Numbered from the whole stretch's first letter, positions 37,227 to 48,113 are shown. The stretch: DNA of 63,979 nt, filler included, from an uncultured Methanosarcinales archaeon (GCA_964550945.1; 6 parts of 6 records of this genome joined end to end with filler, not necessarily neighbours in it); one strand, 5' to 3'. The notes: a model not told the origin generated them from the letters alone. Program-made: numbers and translations.

Positions 37227-38108
37227 TTACTGTTTTGGGCTTTGAGAATGGCTTAACCCTTGCTTTATAGAGCTTATTACAGTATTTTTTTGCGCAGTCA
37301 GGTCATTAATAATCTTATCTGGAAGGTTTTTTGAGGAATTAAGCCTGGCAAAAAGGGCATCATTCAGAGAAATGCTTCTCTCTATAAGGTTTAATGTTAC
37401 ATCTCTCTTCCATTCCAGTTTTGTTTGATTTAGAATAGTTATCAGTTCGTTAAGCCTTTCGAATGAGCTAAGAACACTATTAAAAAGAAGCTCAGTATTT
37501 AGTGGATCGATGACTTTTTTAAAGTAATGCCTGCCAGATGTACCCACGAGAGAGATTATCTCATTTAGAATATCCTCCAAAGATGAGATGTAAATATATA
37601 TGTCATTAACCTCTCGCTTTCTTATCACATTGTCTTCCACTCTGTCAATGATCTTGCTTAGGTTTTGCCTGAATAACAAGAGTGAGGATCTCATCCTGTT
37701 GATCTTCTCATTGAAAGAGATCTCATAAATCTCACTTAGGATTATATCCTGTTTTATGGATACAAGTTTGGATGTGACTAAAGCCAAAAGTATCAATCCG
37801 CAGACAACTTCAAATATTGTTACTATCCTAAAAAAACCGATTGGAGCCATATAGCCGAATCCGCTGCTAGAAGCGATCATAAAACTGAAAAATATCTTGT
37901 CTACTATCCAGTCTACGTGAGCTTTATCTGTAGTGTAAATAAGAAATGAAGAATTACCTCCAAAAAAGTGGTAGACTAAACCAAAAATTATTATGATGGA
38001 TATCCATATCACAAATATATGAACAAATTTTAGTTTATCCAGCCATATCTCAAAACGCTTATTTGTTATCCTATCAAATAGCTGTGTTAAGGGTATGAAT
38101 CTTTTCAT
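37227..38108 (-). CDS. Ion channel (K-channel-like pore) with helical C-terminus
   Basis: TM-pore-TM; FFSFMIASSSGFGYMAP; start could extend to 38156. Confidence 0.75.
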   Translation of the reverse strand: MKRFIPLTQLFDRITNKRFEIWLDKLKFVHIFVIWISIIIIFGLVYHFFGGNSSFLIYTTDKAHVDWIVDKIFFSFMIASSSGFGYMAPIGFFRIVTIFEVVCGLILLALVTSKLVSIKQDIILSEIYEISFNEKINRMRSSLLLFRQNLSKIIDRVEDNVIRKREVNDIYIYISSLEDILNEIISLVGTSGRHYFKKVIDPLNTELLFNSVLSSFERLNELITILNQTKLEWKRDVTLNLIERSISLNDALFARLNSSKNLPDKIINDLTAQKNTVISSIKQGLSHSQSPKQ

Positions 38109-38231
38109 AATGAAAACTGAGGGCATATCGCTTCTACACTTTGCTAGAGGCCACAAATCTAGCAGCGTAACCTGAAGGAAGTATTTTTTTGAAGAGTTGA
38201 ATCTGGGTTGTCAGCAACTTTTTTTATTATG

Positions 38232-38465
38232 CTATTTTTTTGCTTTAATTTCCTGCACTATCTGGAATTTCTTGTTGCGCTTTACCTTCTTTAGCGAATA
38301 TTGTTCTGGCTTTAACCCATGATCTTTTGCCCAAGCCTTCGCAGCCTCTTCGGTTTTGAATGTCTTAGGCCTATTTTCCTTTTTTTTAGGATGGAAAAAA
38401 TCATACCTGTTAGTATGTGTTCCTAATCCGTATTTTCTCTTGATTTTTGTATGTACCTTTTTCAT
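38232..38465 (-). CDS. Small, very basic hypothetical protein
   Basis: 77 aa, K/R-rich; GGTGA SD. Confidence 0.75.
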   Translation of the reverse strand: MKKVHTKIKRKYGLGTHTNRYDFFHPKKKENRPKTFKTEEAAKAWAKDHGLKPEQYSLKKVKRNKKFQIVQEIKAKK

Positions 38466-38519
38466 GATATCACCAACGTTAGAGATTCTATAAACAAAAA
38501 AATAAATAAGTGCATTATC

Positions 38520-38588
38520 CTATTCTTCTTCATTTGGATCGTTCCAATCGCCATCATCATCGTCATCCAGATTGTTCCAATTTTTCAT
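38520..38588 (-). CDS. 22-aa acidic micropeptide (not in the ORF track)
   Basis: MKNWNNLDDDDDGDWNDPNEEE* with GGAGGT SD. Confidence 0.5.
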   Translation of the reverse strand: MKNWNNLDDDDDGDWNDPNEEE

Positions 38589-38759
38589 TTTATACCTCCG
38601 GCTTAATCCAGCTGATCATTCAGCAGACTTATACCCGTGTATACACCCCAACTAAGCCAGTATTTAAATATTTTTTGTTAGTACTATAGGTTTTGACTAA
38701 AATGATGGTAAATCTTTAAAACAGTAAGCTTTATATAATAAATGCCCAGCACTTTTCTT

Positions 38760-39455
38760 ATGGCAAAAATCAACAAGAATGATTTTGTGGAAATTGAATA
38801 TACCGGCAAAACAAAGGAAGGCAGTATTGTTTTTGATACCACTAACGAAAAGATTGCCAAGGATAATGCTATACATAATGAGAGCCAGACTTATGGGCCG
38901 GTTGTTATCTGCATTGGAGAGAAGCAGGTTCTTCCTGGAATTGATGATCAGCTATCAGGAAAGGATACTGAAAAAAGCTATACCCTAGAGCTGAGCCCTG
39001 AGCAGGGCTTTGGGAAGAAGAATGCAAAACTAATCCAGCTGATAAACACCGCTAAATTTAGAAAACAGGGAATCATGCCTGCGCCTGGCCTTCAAGTAAA
39101 CATTGACGGCATGATGGGAACTGTTAAAACAGTTACTGGCGGCAGGACTATTGTTGATTTTAATCATCCTTTGTCTGGGCGCGAACTTGTTTATGACATT
39201 AAAGTAAACAGGATAATCACAGAGGATGCTAAGAAGATAGAAGAATACCTAAAGGTACAGTTAAGCCAGAAGGATGTAAAAGTTACAATAACAGAGGGAA
39301 ATGCCAAAGTTGAGCTTCAAAGAGAGCTTCCTAAAGAGATTGCCAAGCAAATCAGTAAAAAATTAACTGGATTAATCCCTTCAATTAAAAAATTGGAGTT
39401 TGTGAAGAAGGAAGAACAGAAAAAAGAGATTAAGGAAGAAAAGCCAAAGGCTTAA
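38760..39455 (+). CDS. slyD: Archaeal long FKBP-type PPIase (SlyD-like)
   Basis: VEIEYTGK..VFDTT, PEQGFG, VDFNHPLSG. Confidence 0.92.
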   Translation: MAKINKNDFVEIEYTGKTKEGSIVFDTTNEKIAKDNAIHNESQTYGPVVICIGEKQVLPGIDDQLSGKDTEKSYTLELSPEQGFGKKNAKLIQLINTAKFRKQGIMPAPGLQVNIDGMMGTVKTVTGGRTIVDFNHPLSGRELVYDIKVNRIITEDAKKIEEYLKVQLSQKDVKVTITEGNAKVELQRELPKEIAKQISKKLTGLIPSIKKLEFVKKEEQKKEIKEEKPKA

Positions 39456-39566
39456 AAGAAAAAATAGTAAGCTTGATTCTAAAAACCGCAAAGTATTTAT
39501 AGAATAGTAGATTTCTCAAGAGCAAAGATTACCATTATGGAGGAATAACATTGGGGTTTTGTTCAG

Positions 39567-40940
39567 ATGAATAAGCTTGTATTTTTGATGATCGCTGTCT
39601 TATTATTGCCTGTCACTGTGCTGGCTGTTGCGGATTTTCAGGATATAAGCATCACTTTTCCCAAAGGATATCAAGGCAGCAATGTTTCAACAACCTTTGT
39701 TGTGAAGAATACAGGAACCGTCCCTTTAACAAACGTAAGAATTATTGACAATATCCATTCTAAATATAGTATAACCTACACTAATGGTGATTTAGGAACT
39801 TTGAACGCCAGCCAAGAAAAAACAGTAGAGGTAAAGGCAACAATCCCAACGTATGAAGAATTTGGCATACATTCTATAGGAACAGCCACTCTTACAAGTA
39901 ATGAGCATAATGAGTCATTTGTGTTGAATATAGAAGTTGGCAGAAGGTTGGCAATAAAAAAAGTTGAGATTGTTATTGACGGCGAGTCTGATACGCTTAA
40001 TAAGGATGATGAAATAAGCAACGATAAAGCAAGTCCAGGAGACGAGATAAAGTTAAATATTGAGGTAAGAAACGAATTCAGCCAGGATATTGATATAGAT
40101 GACATCACTGTAACTGCTACGATAGTTGGGGCTGATCAGGATGATGAAGACTTAGAGGAAGAAAGCGATTCGTTTGATTTGGAATCAGATAAGTCAAAAT
40201 CTACACAACTTCTGTTCACGCTTCCCTTGGAGGTTGAAGAAAGGGATTATGATATAGAAATCTACGCTCAAGGTGAAAGCACAGACGGCACGCATGAAGA
40301 TAGCTGGGTAGTCCATTTTGACCTTGATAAAAAAGCTCATGACATTATTATCAATAAAGCTGTCTTAACTGAAGAAACTGTTAATTGCGGCGATACAGCA
40401 TCATTAGATGTTGAGCTGTTAAATATAGGCGCCAATTATGAAGAGGAAGTTGCCTTAGAAGCTAAGAATGCTGATCTTGGCCTAAATTTTGAGGAGCATG
40501 ATATAAGCTTAGTTGATGAGCCATGGGAAGATGATACAAGACATGAGAAAAAAATAGATTTTAAGGTTCCTTCTAATGCTAGACCAGGAACATACCCTAT
40601 TGTTGTTGAGGCTTTTTATAACAGGGATGCAGTAGATGATTTCAAAACTTTAAACTTGATTGTTAATTGCGAGAAAAAAGTTGAGGAAAGGCCTCCGGTA
40701 ATTCCGAATGAAACAGCTGAAGCTGAGCAGCCTGTAAAGGTGAATAAAACTGAAGAGAATGAAACTGGAGGGACTGAACCAGAAACTATTGAAGAAGTTG
40801 AAGTTACAGCTTCTGTTGAATCGCCTTTGATTAAGAATCCAGCGGTTTTTGCATTATTAGTTACTGGGAATTTGGTTATTATAGGCTTGGTTTTGTTCTT
40901 TTTGATAAAAGTTTTTTCTCATAATAAGCCGCTAGAATAG
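39567..40940 (+). CDS. Putative S-layer/surface protein (signal peptide, Ig-like domains, C-terminal TM)
   Basis: Sec signal, acidic beta-rich domains, PGTYPIVVEAFY, C-terminal anchor. Confidence 0.75.
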   Translation: MNKLVFLMIAVLLLPVTVLAVADFQDISITFPKGYQGSNVSTTFVVKNTGTVPLTNVRIIDNIHSKYSITYTNGDLGTLNASQEKTVEVKATIPTYEEFGIHSIGTATLTSNEHNESFVLNIEVGRRLAIKKVEIVIDGESDTLNKDDEISNDKASPGDEIKLNIEVRNEFSQDIDIDDITVTATIVGADQDDEDLEEESDSFDLESDKSKSTQLLFTLPLEVEERDYDIEIYAQGESTDGTHEDSWVVHFDLDKKAHDIIINKAVLTEETVNCGDTASLDVELLNIGANYEEEVALEAKNADLGLNFEEHDISLVDEPWEDDTRHEKKIDFKVPSNARPGTYPIVVEAFYNRDAVDDFKTLNLIVNCEKKVEERPPVIPNETAEAEQPVKVNKTEENETGGTEPETIEEVEVTASVESPLIKNPAVFALLVTGNLVIIGLVLFFLIKVFSHNKPLE

Positions 40941-41027
40941 AAAAACTTATATAAAATTTAAAATGAATCACCAAGAATATAGTGAATTTTACAACAAATT
41001 AATTTTTTAGGCTAAGGAGATAATGAT

Positions 41028-41795
41028 ATGAGACTAGCAATCATAGCAGACCCTCATGCTAATATTGAAGCCCTTGTGGCTGTTCTAGACGAGATAGACT
41101 CTATAGGGGTTGATGGAATCTACTGTCTTGGTGACCTTGTTGGCTATAACGCTAACCCTAATGAATGTGTTGAGCTTGTGAGGGCAAGAAATATCCCTTC
41201 TATAATGGGAAACCATGATGCAGCCATTGCTGATAGCAAATATTCTAGATTTTTTAATCCAGCAGCAAAAGCAGCCATAGATTGGACTAGAGACAATTTA
41301 TCAGATGATAATAAGGCTTTTCTAAAAGGTTTAAAAAGGGGTGCTCAAATTTTCAATGAAAAGATTGTATCTTTATTAGTACATGCCAATCCTGATCCTA
41401 ATGATGGGTTATCAGCTTATATTGAAGATTGGGTTGATGCGATGAATTATATGCCGCATCTGGTTGCTGGAACAAATGTATGCTTTTTTGGCCATTCACA
41501 TAAAGCAGGAGCAATTATTAACAATGTACAACAAGACTACATAAGCGGCATACCCTCTAATGGCGAAGATTCAAAAGTTCTAACATTAGAGCCCCATTTA
41601 GTTTATTTTATAAACTCCGGAGCAGTGGGCCAGCCTCGTGATAGAGATCCTAGGGCCCCATTTGGCATTCTTGATACAACCGCCTTAACATTTACATGGC
41701 ATAGAGTAGATTATGACCTAGAACTAACTGGCAGAAAGGTAACTATAGTTGGATTACCTCCTTATTTAGCAGAGAGACTGAAACACGGCAAATAA
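41028..41795 (+). CDS. Calcineurin-like metallophosphoesterase
   Basis: DPHAN, LGDLVGY, GNHD, GHSH, NSGAVGQPRDRDPRA. Confidence 0.92.
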   Translation: MRLAIIADPHANIEALVAVLDEIDSIGVDGIYCLGDLVGYNANPNECVELVRARNIPSIMGNHDAAIADSKYSRFFNPAAKAAIDWTRDNLSDDNKAFLKGLKRGAQIFNEKIVSLLVHANPDPNDGLSAYIEDWVDAMNYMPHLVAGTNVCFFGHSHKAGAIINNVQQDYISGIPSNGEDSKVLTLEPHLVYFINSGAVGQPRDRDPRAPFGILDTTALTFTWHRVDYDLELTGRKVTIVGLPPYLAERLKHGK

Positions 41796-41968
41796 TTTCT
41801 TACTGGTTTCTAAACAACACATTTTAATACATATCTATATTCTATTAGTTACTTTACTGTAAATAATTATATTAACTACTAACCAATAGAAACCTTTATA
41901 TATCAGTAGTGATTTTCTAGCTGTTAATTCACTAGTTGGGGATTAAAAAATAAAATGGAGGGATTATT

Positions 41969-44900
41969 TTGCAAGATAGTTATTTTAAAAAATGCGTGAA
42001 CACGCTAGTTTTGTTTTTTATGGTTATTAGCCTGTTAGTAGCGCCAGTTTCTGCTTTGGGCAGTGTTGACAGCACAATAACAACTGCTGTAGGTACATCT
42101 GCTAATGACAGCGGAAAGTTCGGCAAAGTAACACCTCTCTATTCTTCAGAATTAAACAATAAAGAAGAGAAGATTTCTGTTCTTGCTGTTCCAGTTATCC
42201 CAACAATAACAGGGACATCAGCTGTAGAAGATCATGCTTATAGCTATGATGTTGATGCAACTGATACTGAACATGCTACCCTTAATTATTCTATCTCAAG
42301 TACACCAGCCGCAACTGGATTGGATATTAATACTACTTCAGGTTTAATTGAATGGGGTTATAATGATATTACTATAGGTGTTTATAATATCACAGTTACA
42401 GTCGATGATTTAGTTGGTAATAGTACTAACCAAACTTATACCCTTACTGTAAGCCCATGGCTAGAAATAGTTGATGTTGATGCAACCATTGAAGGCATAC
42501 CCTATAACAATCTTGCAGAAGGAACTATAATCCAAAATATATCTCATGGCGCACCAGTAAGTTTAGCAGTTACCTTGCGTAATAATGGAAATGGGATGTA
42601 TGAAGTGATTGGATTTGTAAATGTCAACGGCACTTTGGCAATCCAAGGGCAGACTCCGCAGCCTGATAATGACAATACATTAGGGATTGGAGCAGGAAAT
42701 ACAAGAACATTCACACTAGATAATTTTGTAATACCTCCAACAGCACTACTAGGATTAGCAAATCTAAGCTTGTATGCTGAAGGATATGACACATGGATAG
42801 GTCATCATGATGACACATTCAATTTCCAGATTAATGTAACAACTGAGATTTTGGAAGCTATACTTGAAAATGCTACTTTAGATGATAATAACTTAACATG
42901 CACTAAAACAACTAATTTGAGGTTTAACATAACTAATGTCGGGCAATATCCAATATTATGGTATAATTTGAGGGTTACTGGGGATAATGGATATGGAGTT
43001 GCATTTGAAGCAAATAATACTAACTCATTTGATCCTCTAAGAATATTGAACATAAGCCAATCTCATAATTGGACAGCGCCACTTGATCTAACTGGAAAAG
43101 CACTAGGGGCTTATGTATTCACTATAAATTCAACAGACTTGTTTGGATTCCTTCCATTGGATAGTACTCAAGTTACTTTGCAGAACAACAACTGCGCTCC
43201 ATATGATATAACCACATGCAACTTAACAGCAACAGAAGACACATTATACAGTTGTGATGTCAATGCAACTGAAGTAGATAACCAATCTTTGGCTTATAAC
43301 TTACTACAAGCTCCAACAGGGATGACTATCAATAGTGCAAGTGGATTAATAAGCTGGACTCCAACAAATGCGCAAGTTGGAAACAATAATGTAACTGTAA
43401 GAGTTACTGATAGTGTTGCTCCAGTTGACTACCCATTCACAATAACTGTAACAAATGTAAATGACGCTCCTACTTTAAACATTCCAGACCAGACAACAAA
43501 TGAAGATGTAAATAAAACAATAAGCTTAAGTTCTTATGGAGCAGATATTGATAATGATACTCTGACTTATACAGTATTGTCAGCAAATGCTTCACAAGTT
43601 GACTGCACAATAACTGGAACTAACTTAACAATGGCTCCAGTTGCTGATTGGAATGGCATCTCTAGCTGCACTGTTCAAGTTAGTGATAGCATATTAACAG
43701 CTAACGACACATTCAATATCAATGTAGTTTTAGTAAATGATCCGCCTCAGTTGATAGCAAATGTCACAGATGTGGCTTTTGACGAAGATTCAAGTGATAA
43801 TTCAATTGATTTAGACACGTATTTTTCAGACATTGATTCAAGCCTTGACTATTCATTCACAGGAGGAGCTAATCTTGTATTCAATGTAGATGCAAACCAT
43901 GTATTAAATATTAGCGCAACTCCAAACTGGAATGGCGAAAGGAATGTTACTGCAACAGCAACAAACCATATTGGAAGTGTTAGTGATAATTTTACTGTTA
44001 CTGTAAATCCACTTAATGACAACCCGGTAATAAGCGCAATAGCTGACCAGACAGTAAATCAGGATTCAGAGTTTGTATTCCAGGTTGTTACTTCAGACGT
44101 AGATAATGATACAATACTATACACCCCTCCTCTATCAAACCAGCCCACTAACATGAGTATCAATAGCTCTGGCTACATCAGTGGATTTACACCAACAAAC
44201 GCAGATGTTGGAAAGCAATATAATATAACTGTTTTCGCTACTGATGGGACAGTCGCAGTAAACAAAACATTCAAGTTAACTGTATTGGATGTAAATGATG
44301 CTCCAACTATAACATCTACTCCTATAACTACTGCAACTCAGGGTAGTTTGTATACTTATCCAGTTGTTGCAACAGATCCTGATGTAAACGACACTTTAAC
44401 CTACTCTTTAGGAACTCCAGCAGGAATGACTATTAATGCAACTACTGGCTTAATAGAATGGACACCTGTAAATGAGCAAGTTGGAAATAACTCTGTTACT
44501 GTAACAGTAACTGATGGTAGAGGAGGCAATGCTAACCAGACATTTGTTATAGCAGTAGCAAATGTAAATGACGCTCCTAACCTAACATTACCATTCAATG
44601 AATCAGCAATGACTCAAGGAGAGGTTTTATCATTCACAATTACAGCAGCAGATATTGACTTTGCAGCTAATGCTAATGGCGGAGTAGTTGATTCTAATGA
44701 AAATTTAACATTCAGCTCAGCAACTCCTTATGTAACTATAACAAAAACAAGCGCAACATCAGCTAATGTGGTATATGATCCTGATTCAGAGCTAAGTGGA
44801 ATTCAGAATCTAACATTTGTAGTGCAAGACAATAATGGAGCATCTGACACAAAGGCATTAAGCGTTGTAATAGGGGATGCACTAAGGATACAAAATTTAG

Positions 44901-47900
44901 GTGTTTCAATAGATGGCGGAGCTGAAACAAGCTACACTGATAATGATACAATCACAGGAATAACTCCATCAGCAGAAGTCGAATTTAAAGTTTCAATAAA
45001 GAACCTATTCACAGCTCAAAATGCAGACATATATGCTAATGTTACCATTACAATACATGATATCTCAAGTGATATATCCCAAACATCAACAACAATAAGC
45101 TTGGATGAGCAAGATACCAAAATAATTCCATTAACATTCACCATACCAATAAATGTTGAAGATAATGCATTTGATGTTGAAATAACGGCACAAGGAATAG
45201 ATGGCAATGGAAAATACCACAGCAATGAGTGGGCTCTAAAGCTTGACATAACAAAGCAAAATCATGAGATTAAGATAACCAATGCAACATTAGATGTAGC
45301 AAATGTAAGCTGCATCAGGGATGTTGTGATTGATGTTAACTTGATAAACACTGGAGCAAGCGATGAATACAGCGCAGCCCTTTCAGTACAAAATACTGCT
45401 TTGGGAATAAATAAGAACGAAACTTTCAACATATTTGAATATCCATCAACACCTTATACAAAGAACTTCAATTATGCTTTAACTGTTGCAAATGAAGTTG
45501 CAGCTGGAACCTATCCAATAGTGTTTAATGTTAATGATTCAGAAGGATTAAGCGATACAAAAACACTAAGCTTAGAAGTGATTGCTTGTGGATTGCCTGA
45601 CTTTACAGTTAGCGAGGACTTTGGCAATTATGGAATTGACCTACTAACCTATTTAGAGCAAGGCGTTACTTATACATTAATCAGCCAGTCAAATACCTCA
45701 GTTATAAATTGCGCTTTGAATGGCAATAATATCAACTGCACAAGTGTTGCAAATGCAACTGGCTATTCTGACTTGATAGTTCAAGTTGATTCTGTAAAGA
45801 ATGAAACATTCAGGATAACTGTAAATCCAGTCAACGATGCGCCTTATTTTGTGAACTTAAATCCAGTTGTTGATGCTTTTGAAGACCAGGAATTTGTTTT
45901 GGACTTGTCCAATAACATTAGTGATATTGACAATAATATAAATGATTTGCATTTCTTGATGAATCCAGGATATGGAGTTCCAATAGCAGGCAATTCAATA
46001 AGATTCAGGTTCCCATCACCAGGAACATTCAATGTTACAGTAAACCTGACTGATGGAGACAAAATAACTCCACAGATATTCACATTTGTTGTGGCTGATA
46101 TAAATGATGCTCCTGTAATAGCAAGCGCTTCACCAGCAGGAGAAGTAATAATCACAGAAACTGGAAGCCAGCAGTTCAGCATAACAGCAACTGATGAAGA
46201 AAATAATACTTTAAGCTACCAATGGTTTGTGGATAATATATTCACTGGACAAACAAGCAACAGCTATACTTATGTTTCAACCGGAGCAGGAGATTTTGAA
46301 ATTAAAGTTGAAGTTTCTGACGGTACAAACTCAACTGAGCAAAAGTGGAACCTAACTGCAACAGATGTTCCTATACCTCCAGCAGGATACACCTTAGAAT
46401 GTGATGGTGATGATTGCACTGGCAGCATAATCGGAAATGCAGCAGATGTTGCGATCTTTAATGATTTCGCAAAAGTAGAATTACCAGGCCCAGTTGATTT
46501 AAGCGATATTGCTTACTTGGGCGATTGCATTGAATTCAGAGATGGAATTGTTGCTATAGATACAGACAATCAACCATGTAAAGATGCATTTGACGGGCAA
46601 ACTAATGCTACTGTCACTTTGTATGATGTATCTTATGATGATCCGCTTGAAATTTATTATAACAGTGGATTCACAACAAACCCATTACAGATTGCTACTT
46701 TATGTACAAATACCTCAACTACAAGCTGCACTTTGATAAGCTATCCAGCTCCAGGCGTAAATGGTAATGTGGTATTTATGGTAAACCACTTTACATCATT
46801 CATGCTAGGCGGAACTGGCAATGATGCGCCTAATGCAAATGCTGGCGCTGATCAGAGCAGAGAGCAAGGAGATAATATCATATTAGACGGCTCTGGAAGC
46901 ACAGATAATGATGGAGATAGCCTAACCTATAGCTGGACACAGACTGCTGGCCCTGCTGTTACATTATCAAGCTCAACAGCCCAAAAGCCAACATTCACAG
47001 CAGCAGAAGTTGGAAATTATACATTTAGATTGATTGTTAATGATAGCCAGTTGGCTGATTCAGACGATGTAACCATCACAGTCTCTGCAGGAACATTAAA
47101 AATAACTAACGTGGAAGTGGATGTTGATGGCAAGAAAGACAAGAGCATTAACGATGGAGATATCATAGACAAAGACGCAAAGCCTGCATCTGCTCTTAAG
47201 TTTACGGTAGATGTCAAGAACCTGCTAGCTGATTTGGATATTGAAGACGTAACTGTTACAGTAACAATCAACGAAATAGATGATGGCGATGATATCGATG
47301 ATGAAGTTGACATAAGCAAGATAAAAGACGGCAAGACTGAAGATGCTACTCTCACGCTTAATGTGCCATCAATTGTAGATGAAGGCACATATGATGTGGA
47401 TATCACAGCAGAAGGAACTGATGAGAATGGAGATTCACATTCAGACACAGTAACTGTGAAACTAGAAGTCCAAAAAGACAAACATGATATATCAATCAAG
47501 AGCCTTACTCTTAATCCAGAAACAATAAGCTGCAGAACATCTACAAGCCTGGATGTTGTAATCTACAATGTTGGCTCAGAAGATGAAGATGATGTAAGGA
47601 TACAGGTAAAGAATGATGAGCTTGGCCTTGATATAAAAGATAAGGACATAAGCTTAGATGCAGAGGCAGATGAAGACAGCAAATACGAAAAGACATTCAG
47701 CATACCAGTTGATTTGGATGCTGATGAAGGGACATACACCATTGAAGTAAAGGCTTACTATGATGGAACTAAATTAAGCGATTCAAAGACAATTACCCTA
47801 GACAAAGCCAGCTGCAGCAGCGCTGTAACGCCTTCGCCTTCAGAGAGCCAAGAAGATGTAGAATTACAGATCGAGCAAACACCTGGCTATTATGCTCCAG

Positions 47901-48052
47901 TGCCAACTACGGTTGTGCAGCCAACAACACCAACACAGATATCATTTAGAGATACTGATGAATATACGATGCTGTTGATTATACTATTGGTAGTGTTGTT
48001 TGGAGCAGTAATATTTGCGATAGGAGCGACAATAATCGTACTAAGAAGGTAA
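41969..48052 (+). CDS. Giant surface protein (2027 aa) with cadherin/He_PIG-like Ig repeats, a PKD-like domain and S-layer-like modules
   Basis: Signal peptide; repeated VNDAP and GMTIN..GLI.WTP; PNANAGADQ..LDGSGS; C-terminal TM; TTG start with GGAGG SD. Confidence 0.88.
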   Translation: MQDSYFKKCVNTLVLFFMVISLLVAPVSALGSVDSTITTAVGTSANDSGKFGKVTPLYSSELNNKEEKISVLAVPVIPTITGTSAVEDHAYSYDVDATDTEHATLNYSISSTPAATGLDINTTSGLIEWGYNDITIGVYNITVTVDDLVGNSTNQTYTLTVSPWLEIVDVDATIEGIPYNNLAEGTIIQNISHGAPVSLAVTLRNNGNGMYEVIGFVNVNGTLAIQGQTPQPDNDNTLGIGAGNTRTFTLDNFVIPPTALLGLANLSLYAEGYDTWIGHHDDTFNFQINVTTEILEAILENATLDDNNLTCTKTTNLRFNITNVGQYPILWYNLRVTGDNGYGVAFEANNTNSFDPLRILNISQSHNWTAPLDLTGKALGAYVFTINSTDLFGFLPLDSTQVTLQNNNCAPYDITTCNLTATEDTLYSCDVNATEVDNQSLAYNLLQAPTGMTINSASGLISWTPTNAQVGNNNVTVRVTDSVAPVDYPFTITVTNVNDAPTLNIPDQTTNEDVNKTISLSSYGADIDNDTLTYTVLSANASQVDCTITGTNLTMAPVADWNGISSCTVQVSDSILTANDTFNINVVLVNDPPQLIANVTDVAFDEDSSDNSIDLDTYFSDIDSSLDYSFTGGANLVFNVDANHVLNISATPNWNGERNVTATATNHIGSVSDNFTVTVNPLNDNPVISAIADQTVNQDSEFVFQVVTSDVDNDTILYTPPLSNQPTNMSINSSGYISGFTPTNADVGKQYNITVFATDGTVAVNKTFKLTVLDVNDAPTITSTPITTATQGSLYTYPVVATDPDVNDTLTYSLGTPAGMTINATTGLIEWTPVNEQVGNNSVTVTVTDGRGGNANQTFVIAVANVNDAPNLTLPFNESAMTQGEVLSFTITAADIDFAANANGGVVDSNENLTFSSATPYVTITKTSATSANVVYDPDSELSGIQNLTFVVQDNNGASDTKALSVVIGDALRIQNLGVSIDGGAETSYTDNDTITGITPSAEVEFKVSIKNLFTAQNADIYANVTITIHDISSDISQTSTTISLDEQDTKIIPLTFTIPINVEDNAFDVEITAQGIDGNGKYHSNEWALKLDITKQNHEIKITNATLDVANVSCIRDVVIDVNLINTGASDEYSAALSVQNTALGINKNETFNIFEYPSTPYTKNFNYALTVANEVAAGTYPIVFNVNDSEGLSDTKTLSLEVIACGLPDFTVSEDFGNYGIDLLTYLEQGVTYTLISQSNTSVINCALNGNNINCTSVANATGYSDLIVQVDSVKNETFRITVNPVNDAPYFVNLNPVVDAFEDQEFVLDLSNNISDIDNNINDLHFLMNPGYGVPIAGNSIRFRFPSPGTFNVTVNLTDGDKITPQIFTFVVADINDAPVIASASPAGEVIITETGSQQFSITATDEENNTLSYQWFVDNIFTGQTSNSYTYVSTGAGDFEIKVEVSDGTNSTEQKWNLTATDVPIPPAGYTLECDGDDCTGSIIGNAADVAIFNDFAKVELPGPVDLSDIAYLGDCIEFRDGIVAIDTDNQPCKDAFDGQTNATVTLYDVSYDDPLEIYYNSGFTTNPLQIATLCTNTSTTSCTLISYPAPGVNGNVVFMVNHFTSFMLGGTGNDAPNANAGADQSREQGDNIILDGSGSTDNDGDSLTYSWTQTAGPAVTLSSSTAQKPTFTAAEVGNYTFRLIVNDSQLADSDDVTITVSAGTLKITNVEVDVDGKKDKSINDGDIIDKDAKPASALKFTVDVKNLLADLDIEDVTVTVTINEIDDGDDIDDEVDISKIKDGKTEDATLTLNVPSIVDEGTYDVDITAEGTDENGDSHSDTVTVKLEVQKDKHDISIKSLTLNPETISCRTSTSLDVVIYNVGSEDEDDVRIQVKNDELGLDIKDKDISLDAEADEDSKYEKTFSIPVDLDADEGTYTIEVKAYYDGTKLSDSKTITLDKASCSSAVTPSPSESQEDVELQIEQTPGYYAPVPTTVVQPTTPTQISFRDTDEYTMLLIILLVVLFGAVIFAIGATIIVLRR

Positions 48053-48067
48053 TGATCACCTCTTTTT

Positions 48068-48113
48068 CCTGGGATGGGGCTTTTCTTTCGGGAAAAGTCT
48101 TATCCTAGGTTTT
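48068..48113 (+). terminator. 19-bp stem with UUCG loop followed by a U tract
   Basis: 48068-48086 pairs with 48091-48109 (5 G-U pairs favour the + strand). Confidence 0.7.
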
